The notes beneath the pieces were generated by a model, which saw only the letters and a list, made by a program, of their open reading frames with translations, had not been told where the DNA came from and ran no database searches. Shown here piece by piece: positions 26,379-32,000 of a stretch of 32,000 nt of DNA (positions within the stretch are counted from its first letter, which is position 1; every line of letters starts with the position of its first letter). Location of the stretch: the NCBI RefSeq assembly GCF_000011465.1, contig NC_005072.1, positions 960,001 to 992,000 of the forward strand, read 5' to 3'. A program made the position numbers and the translations under genes. This stretch comes from Prochlorococcus marinus subsp. pastoris str. CCMP1986 (GTDB lineage Bacteria > Cyanobacteriota > Cyanobacteriia > PCC-6307 > Cyanobiaceae).

Positions 26379-26569
26379 CTAATTTTAATTTTGAAATCAA
26401 ATCCTAAATTGCTTTTAGTGGTTAATATTTCCTTTTTAAAAATCCCATAGGTAAAAATTCCAGATAAAGTTTTTAGAGATTCAAAAACCAAAAAAGAGAT
26501 TAATAAGAAGAAAATCATAATTGAATCAACAAGATAACTTCTTTTTTTATTTAACAAATTATTCATCAA
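26375..26569 (-). CDS. small hypothetical protein overlapping the 26019-26378 gene start by 4 nt
   Basis: 64-aa ORF with hydrophobic segment; ATGA-type overlap. Confidence 0.45.
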   Translation of the reverse strand: MMNNLLNKKRSYLVDSIMIFFLLISFLVFESLKTLSGIFTYGIFKKEILTTKSNLGFDFKIKIR

Positions 26570-26581
26570 AAATTCACCTAA

Positions 26582-27451
26582 CTATAATTGATAACATTTT
26601 TTATATGGTCCAAAATGTTCACTGCAATTTCTACCCATTATTTTAGCAAGATTTAAACTTTCTTCTATATTCCAATCTGAGGAAAGTCCATAAAGAATTC
26701 CTGCCGCGAAAGAATCGCCGCATCCATATGAGTCAACCTTATTTTTTTTAGTTTTAATAGCTTTATATCTACCTCCTGGGAATACTATCCCGCCATTCTC
26801 ACCTTCTGTTTTGATAACATATTTTGGGTTTAATTTTAATTCATCTAAAGAAAAAACTTCTCCAGGATCAAGATTACTTCCAATTAATCCATCTAAAAAT
26901 ATCTCGGATTCGTTAATTATATTTAACCCTACTCTGGGCGTCGTACATAATATTTTAGCTACCCTCGATTTTTTAAATAATTCTTTATCGCCTGCCGTAA
27001 TAAAAACTCCATCCATCTCATCAAGGATAGCCCAATCTAAATCATCAATATGATTAGGAGACAATCTATCTCCAATAATAGTGATAGATCTTTCGCCATC
27101 AGAATCAATTACACTGAAACCTTTTCTTGTTGGTTTATCTCGCCATCCTACATGTAATTTAATACCCATATTTTCAAGAATATTTAAACATTGCTTACCA
27201 TAAAAATCATTCCCTAAAGCTGTAAAGAAATGGACTTCACTGTTCGTTAATTCCCTTAGTCTTTTAGCTATTACTGATCCTCCCCCGGCAGGATATTCTA
27301 AAGATTTTTTAGAATGAGAGATTAAACCTGGTTGAGGTAATTGATCTACTTCAATAAAATTTATCCACTCGATATGTCCAATAACAGCAAACTTTAGGTT
27401 TCCTTTTATAAATTTATAATCCTGAAAATTATAATTTTCTTCTTCAATCAT
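26582..27451 (-). CDS. PfkB-family sugar/nucleoside kinase (start revised from 27589 to ATG at 27451)
   Basis: EYPAGGGSVIAKRLREL...VDSYGCGDSFAAGILYGL (GAGD-like catalytic motif as GCGD). Confidence 0.85.
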   Translation of the reverse strand: MIEEENYNFQDYKFIKGNLKFAVIGHIEWINFIEVDQLPQPGLISHSKKSLEYPAGGGSVIAKRLRELTNSEVHFFTALGNDFYGKQCLNILENMGIKLHVGWRDKPTRKGFSVIDSDGERSITIIGDRLSPNHIDDLDWAILDEMDGVFITAGDKELFKKSRVAKILCTTPRVGLNIINESEIFLDGLIGSNLDPGEVFSLDELKLNPKYVIKTEGENGGIVFPGGRYKAIKTKKNKVDSYGCGDSFAAGILYGLSSDWNIEESLNLAKIMGRNCSEHFGPYKKCYQL

Positions 27452-27486
27452 AAGTTTATTAATACTATTATTAGGGTATATATCAT

Positions 27487-27861
27487 TTGCATATGAATTC
27501 ACTAAACATACTAAAAGATAATAAACAAAAACTATCTTATCTTTACCTTTTTCTATCATTCCTTGGAGCAATCCTTCCAATGATGGCAAATTTTGATTTT
27601 GCTATTGAATATGGAAATAGTTTTGACATTAAAAATTTTATTTCATTAGCAAATGCTAATCCAGCAGCTCAATCCATTTCAAGAGATTTGTTAGTTGGTG
27701 CTACTGCAGTTTTTATTTGGATAGTAAATGAATCTAAAAAATTGAATATAAAAAATATGTGGGTTGTTTATATTGGAACCTTTTTAATAGCATTTGCTTT
27801 CTCTGCCCCTTTTTTCTTATTTCTTAGAGAAAGAAGAATAATTGAAATAGAAAAAAAATAA
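27487..27861 (+). CDS. DUF2834 family membrane protein
   Basis: FISLANANPAAQSISRDLLVGATAVFIWIVNESKKLNIKN. Confidence 0.75.
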   Translation: MHMNSLNILKDNKQKLSYLYLFLSFLGAILPMMANFDFAIEYGNSFDIKNFISLANANPAAQSISRDLLVGATAVFIWIVNESKKLNIKNMWVVYIGTFLIAFAFSAPFFLFLRERRIIEIEKK

Positions 27862-27881
27862 ATATTATTTATATAAAACTT

Positions 27882-29111
27882 TTAAAATGATTTCTTAAAT
27901 ATCATCGCAAACATTAAAAAACAAATAAATGAAATTACTAACCACATAATCGATGCATATCCAAAAAGATCTAGTATTCTCCCAGAAATAAATGGTCCAA
28001 AAAAATATCCCATTGCAAAACATTGTGATAAAAGTGCTAGTGCATAACCTTTTTTATTTGTAGGGGCAATACTGAAAACAACATCTGTAGATGTTGGTAG
28101 AAAGGAAGATGTGCCTAAACTTATTAAGACGATTGCAAAAAACACGAAATAAAAAGCTGCAATATTTAAATAACTAGAAATAAATAACAACAGTGAGGCG
28201 AAAGAAAAGTTGATTAAGCTAAATTTCAATCCAAATAATTTTCCTTTTTTTGATATCCATGAACCAATTGGCCATTGTAAAATTAATAATAAAATTAACT
28301 GAAAAGAAATTATAAAACTAATAACTTGTTCATTTAAGATATCTCTAATGACTCCACCCTTAACAAGATCAAGTGGTAATGTCACCTGAATTAAAGCAAG
28401 AGATGTAGTTATTAATATCACAGATAAAACTATTATGGTTGTATTTTTATTCCATCTCTTTTGATAAATTTTAACTTCATCTAAAGCCTTTTTTTGAGAT
28501 TTCTCTAAAGTTTTTTTTATAGACTTTTTATTTCTTAAAATCAAAAAAATAATTGAAAGCATGCAAAATATATCATTAAAAAAAATCGATTTGAGATAAA
28601 TAAAATTATTCATAAATCCACCAATAAATACTCCTAAAAATATCCCCAAAGCCTCAGAAGTTCTAACGAGGGCATAAGCTTTTCTTGTATCAATAGGTTG
28701 ACAAAAATATGGGACTACAAATTCTGCAGTAGGCCAATATATCCCGGCGGCTGCCCCAATAAAAGCTTGACCAAGGATGTAAAAGTAAATATCTTTTGAA
28801 ATAATTAAACAAAATCCTGCAGCGATACTTATGAATGAAGAGATAACTAAAGGATTTTGAATTTTGCCTGTTTTATTTAGATAATTCCCAGTAACGATTC
28901 TTGTTAAAGTACCTATGATTGCTGATATCGTAAAACCTAGACCAATTTCTGTTGCTGACAATCCAATATTATTAAAAATAAGGGATGTTAAATAAATCAC
29001 GCCTCCTGCTCCAAATGAAGCAAAAAATCTTATTTTAGTAATTAACCTTAAATGAAAGGGAAATTGACTCCACCAAAGTTTACTTGTAATAAATTTATTC
29101 GGAATAAACAC
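27882..29111 (-). CDS. MFS transporter
   Basis: 409 aa with ~12 hydrophobic segments; RIVTGNYLNKTGK loop motif. Confidence 0.88.
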   Translation of the reverse strand: MFIPNKFITSKLWWSQFPFHLRLITKIRFFASFGAGGVIYLTSLIFNNIGLSATEIGLGFTISAIIGTLTRIVTGNYLNKTGKIQNPLVISSFISIAAGFCLIISKDIYFYILGQAFIGAAAGIYWPTAEFVVPYFCQPIDTRKAYALVRTSEALGIFLGVFIGGFMNNFIYLKSIFFNDIFCMLSIIFLILRNKKSIKKTLEKSQKKALDEVKIYQKRWNKNTTIIVLSVILITTSLALIQVTLPLDLVKGGVIRDILNEQVISFIISFQLILLLILQWPIGSWISKKGKLFGLKFSLINFSFASLLLFISSYLNIAAFYFVFFAIVLISLGTSSFLPTSTDVVFSIAPTNKKGYALALLSQCFAMGYFFGPFISGRILDLFGYASIMWLVISFICFLMFAMIFKKSF

Positions 29112-29113
29112 AA

Positions 29114-30676
29114 TTGAAATTCATTTTTATACTTTTTTTAAGTTTCTTTAGTTTTTGTTCAGCAAAAGATGTAATAGCGGCTGAAAAGATAAATATCAAG
29201 TTCGAAGAGATGACAATCCCTTTAACTATAGATCAATTATTAAACTTAGAGAATTATAAGGATGATTCTACAGAAGTAATAGACTGGTTTAAGCAAAATG
29301 GTTTTTTAAAAGTATTTGAGATATCAAGATTTTTAAAATTCCCAGTTTTTAAAGAAGAAAGTTTGAACAGGCAAGTATTAAGAAGTTGGGTAGGTAACAA
29401 GATTCTTTCTGAATTAAGTAATACTATTTTGGTTCCCAATGACAAAGATGGTATTAAGGTTTTTAATACAATAGAAAGTTTGTTGGAAGTCAAAAATGAA
29501 GTTTCGACTTTGGACATCCTAAAGGCTTTACCTTCAGAAGAAATTTCATTAGATATTGATAATTTAATTTTAATAATTTCTTCATGGAAAAAGGAATTAG
29601 CAAAACAACAAAGTTTAAACCTAAAATTAAAATCATTAGAAAAAACCAATTACTCTTTATCCAAGAAAAAAATATATAAAGAGGATTCAGATCTTATAAA
29701 AATTAATAAGAAAATTTATTCGCCTCATAGAGGTGAGCCTTTAAAAATTGAATTATGGAAAAATAAGAAAACTAAATCAAATAAAGATCTAATTATATTT
29801 ATGCCAGGACTTGGAGGAAATATTGATAATTTCAGATGGATTGGTATTGAATTAAGTAAGAGAGGTTGGCCTGTATTATTTATAGATCATGAAGGAAGTA
29901 ATTCAGAAGCTTTTTTGGAAGTTCTCGAAGGTACTAATTCAATTCCAACAAGTGCTGACTTTTTCTTATACCGTATCAAAGATTTAGATGCAGTAATAAA
30001 AGCGCATAATAATGGGAAATTAGGATTAGCCAATGATTCATATATTTTAATGGGACATTCATTAGGAGCTTTAATAGCTTTTTTGTATGAAGGTGATTTA
30101 CCTAAAGATGAATTTGAAAAGAGATGTGATTTAGCTTTAAAAGATTTTGCAATAACAAATTTATCAAAATTACTTCAATGTCAACTAAACGAAATTCCAT
30201 TACCCGAAATAATCAATTCAAAGAAAGCAAATGGAATCATAGGATTTAATTCATTTGGAAGCTTAATCTGGCCAAATGAAAAAAATTCTGGGATTGAGAT
30301 TCCAGTACTTTTAATTGGAGGGACTTATGATCTTATAACTCCCTTAATAAGTGAGCAATTCAAAGTGTTTTTATCTACGACTAATAATCCCTTAAATAGA
30401 TTCTTGATTATTGAGGGATCAAGTCATTTTTCACCAATAAGAATCAATGATAAGTATTCAGAAAATATCGAAAATAATGATATTTTTAAAATCAATAAAT
30501 CTTTTATTGGATCTAATCCTTACTCTTTTCAAAATTTATCTTTAAAAGTTATCTTAGAGTTTTTAGAAAATATAAAAAATAATGAAAGCATTAAAGTTAT
30601 AAAAAATCAAACTGAAAGCAATCTTGATTTTCATCTTTTAGATAGAAAGACTTTAAAAACAATAATCAAAAATTAG
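29114..30676 (+). CDS. alpha/beta hydrolase with N-terminal DUF1400-like domain
   Basis: INIKFEEMTIPLTIDQLL...; YILMGHSLGALIAF nucleophile elbow; EGSSHFSP. Confidence 0.85.
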   Translation: MKFIFILFLSFFSFCSAKDVIAAEKINIKFEEMTIPLTIDQLLNLENYKDDSTEVIDWFKQNGFLKVFEISRFLKFPVFKEESLNRQVLRSWVGNKILSELSNTILVPNDKDGIKVFNTIESLLEVKNEVSTLDILKALPSEEISLDIDNLILIISSWKKELAKQQSLNLKLKSLEKTNYSLSKKKIYKEDSDLIKINKKIYSPHRGEPLKIELWKNKKTKSNKDLIIFMPGLGGNIDNFRWIGIELSKRGWPVLFIDHEGSNSEAFLEVLEGTNSIPTSADFFLYRIKDLDAVIKAHNNGKLGLANDSYILMGHSLGALIAFLYEGDLPKDEFEKRCDLALKDFAITNLSKLLQCQLNEIPLPEIINSKKANGIIGFNSFGSLIWPNEKNSGIEIPVLLIGGTYDLITPLISEQFKVFLSTTNNPLNRFLIIEGSSHFSPIRINDKYSENIENNDIFKINKSFIGSNPYSFQNLSLKVILEFLENIKNNESIKVIKNQTESNLDFHLLDRKTLKTIIKN

Positions 30677-31713
30677 TATTCAATTCGAGGATCTAATATA
30701 GCAATTAAAATATCCACAAAAAGATTTAATGAGACTATTAGTAAAGAGGTGATAATTACAATTCCTTGAACAACAGTATAATCCCGTTGGGAAATAGCTT
30801 CATGTAACCTTAAAGCTATCCCTGGCCATGAAAAAGTAACTTCAAAAAGAAGCGCTCCTCCTGCTAAAGAAGCTATTGTTAAGCCAGAAATCGTAACAAT
30901 AGGCAAAAGTGCATTAGGTAAAGAGTGATTTAAGATAATTTTCCTTCTTGAAATTCCTCTGCATAAAGCTGCATTTACATAATCACTTTTAAGTGTCTTG
31001 TCTAAATTTATTCTTAAAGATCTACTAAAAATTCCGCTCAAAAGAAACCCAAGAGTTATTGAAGGTAGTGCAAGATGATATAAGCTTTCTCTTAAATAGA
31101 TAAAATTATTATTTAGAAGACTATCTAAAACTAGAAACCCTGTAATTTTAGGTTGGCTATAAGTGATTGGGAACCTCCCACCAATTGGAAAAATTCTTAA
31201 ATATACAGAAAATATTAATTGAGCTAAAATTGCCCCCCAGAAAGGTGGAATCGCATATGAAGAGATTCCTATTACTCTGGATATGTAATCTCCTTTTTTC
31301 CCTTTATTTTTTAAACCAAAAAAACCAAGCGGAAATCCTATAAAGATTGCAAAGATTATTGAAAAGATACCCAGTTCTAAACTCGCTGGTAATGATTTAA
31401 GAATAATATCAAGAACCGGTTCTTGAGTACTTAAAGATTCTCCAAAATTTAAGTGCAAAATATTATTAATGTAAGAAAGATATTGAATAAGAAGAGATTC
31501 ATTTAACCCTAATTTATATCTAAGAATTTCTCTTGAAGCTTCATTAGCTCCAGATCCTAAAATTGCGTCAACTGGGTCTCCTGGTGCAACTCTCAACAAA
31601 ATAAAAACTAATGTAGATATAATCCACAACATCAAAGGTATTAAAGAAATCTTTAATAAAGAATAATTTAAAAGTTTATTAAGATCTCTACTCATTAATG
31701 AATTTGAGATCAC
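30673..31713 (-). CDS. dipeptide/oligopeptide-type ABC transporter permease (DppB-like)
   Basis: RVAPGDPVDAILG...GLNESLLIQYLSYI...SLPALPSIT; binding-protein-dependent permease. Confidence 0.9.
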   Translation of the reverse strand: MISNSLMSRDLNKLLNYSLLKISLIPLMLWIISTLVFILLRVAPGDPVDAILGSGANEASREILRYKLGLNESLLIQYLSYINNILHLNFGESLSTQEPVLDIILKSLPASLELGIFSIIFAIFIGFPLGFFGLKNKGKKGDYISRVIGISSYAIPPFWGAILAQLIFSVYLRIFPIGGRFPITYSQPKITGFLVLDSLLNNNFIYLRESLYHLALPSITLGFLLSGIFSRSLRINLDKTLKSDYVNAALCRGISRRKIILNHSLPNALLPIVTISGLTIASLAGGALLFEVTFSWPGIALRLHEAISQRDYTVVQGIVIITSLLIVSLNLFVDILIAILDPRIEY

Positions 31714-32000
31714 TCATTGAAATAATTCCTGCACCATTAAAAATAGGTTTTGAAATTTCATTTTGCGACCAAGCTTTTTGAGATGAAATCCATATTGGAA
31801 TATAAGGTATTGATTCTGAAGCTATTTTCTCTATTTCAATTAATTTCGCTAATCTTTCTTTACCGTTTAAATTTTCGCTATCAAGAAATAAATCTTCTAC
31901 TGTATTCGATCCCCAAAAACTTCCGCTGTAAACTGATTCTCCTTTTATACAGTTTTTACCATCTATTTCACTGCAACTTAGAAGGGGTGTTAAATATGCC
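31688..32000 (-). CDS. C-terminal part of extracellular solute-binding protein family 5 (peptide ABC transporter), truncated by window edge
   Basis: Hand translation ...YLTPLLSCSEIDGKNCIKGESVYSGSFWGSNTVEDLFLDSENLNGKERLAKLIEIEKIASESIPYIPIWISSQKAWSQNEISKPIFNGAGIISMSDLKFINE*. Confidence 0.75.
   Translation of the reverse strand, partial: AYLTPLLSCSEIDGKNCIKGESVYSGSFWGSNTVEDLFLDSENLNGKERLAKLIEIEKIASESIPYIPIWISSQKAWSQNEISKPIFNGAGIISMSDLKFINE

Noticed and set aside
27452-27589. N-terminal 46-residue extension of the PfkB ORF in the track
   Set aside because: Hydrophobic extension not typical of the kinase and would overlap the divergent DUF2834 gene; ATG at 27451 preferred.
1-32000. Search for CRISPR arrays, tRNA/rRNA genes, transposases, integrases and phage structural genes
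   Set aside because: No regularly spaced direct repeats, no tRNA T-loop/cloverleaf pattern and no mobile-element protein recognised; syntenic-looking core with small ORFs.

Overview
AT-rich (~30% GC), gene-dense 32 kb window. Gene content and small-ORF density look like a high-light Prochlorococcus (marine picocyanobacterium) chromosome. Orderly blocks: small hypothetical/membrane ORFs plus a hot-dog thioesterase, a membrane-anchored Mrr-like nuclease, MAPEG, two PAP/fibrillin proteins, TM2, OsmC and DUF1499 (0-13.4 kb); a zinc-homeostasis island (znuB, Fur/Zur, znuC, znuA, COG0523/CobW GTPase, WD40 protein; 13.4-19.5 kb); a permuted ATP-grasp / alpha-E / transglutaminase-like cluster (21.5-24.7 kb); pentapeptide, PfkB kinase, DUF2834, MFS and DUF1400 hydrolase genes (25.5-30.7 kb); and a dipeptide-type ABC permease with a partial binding protein (30.7-32 kb). 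Most interesting: (1) ZnuA and the neighbouring CobW-family GTPase both seem to carry the same ~100-aa inserted domain (FEW[AS]G...DPxM...F[FT][TE/Q]H...EF); (2) the ~350-nt intergenic region 12090-12437 looks like two tandem minus-strand small RNAs, one with a perfect ACTCCTCACAC motif (the Yfr1 hallmark) and one with the near-complement TGTGTGT-AGGAG; (3) a TTG-start ORF missing from the track that resembles an isolated IF-2 N-terminal domain; (4) a hairpin-embedded 10-aa leader-like ORF with an AGGAGG ribosome site; (5) a small ORF apparently frameshifted at an A7 tract. No tRNA, rRNA, CRISPR array or mobile element was recognised. All family calls are by eye; no database search was run.
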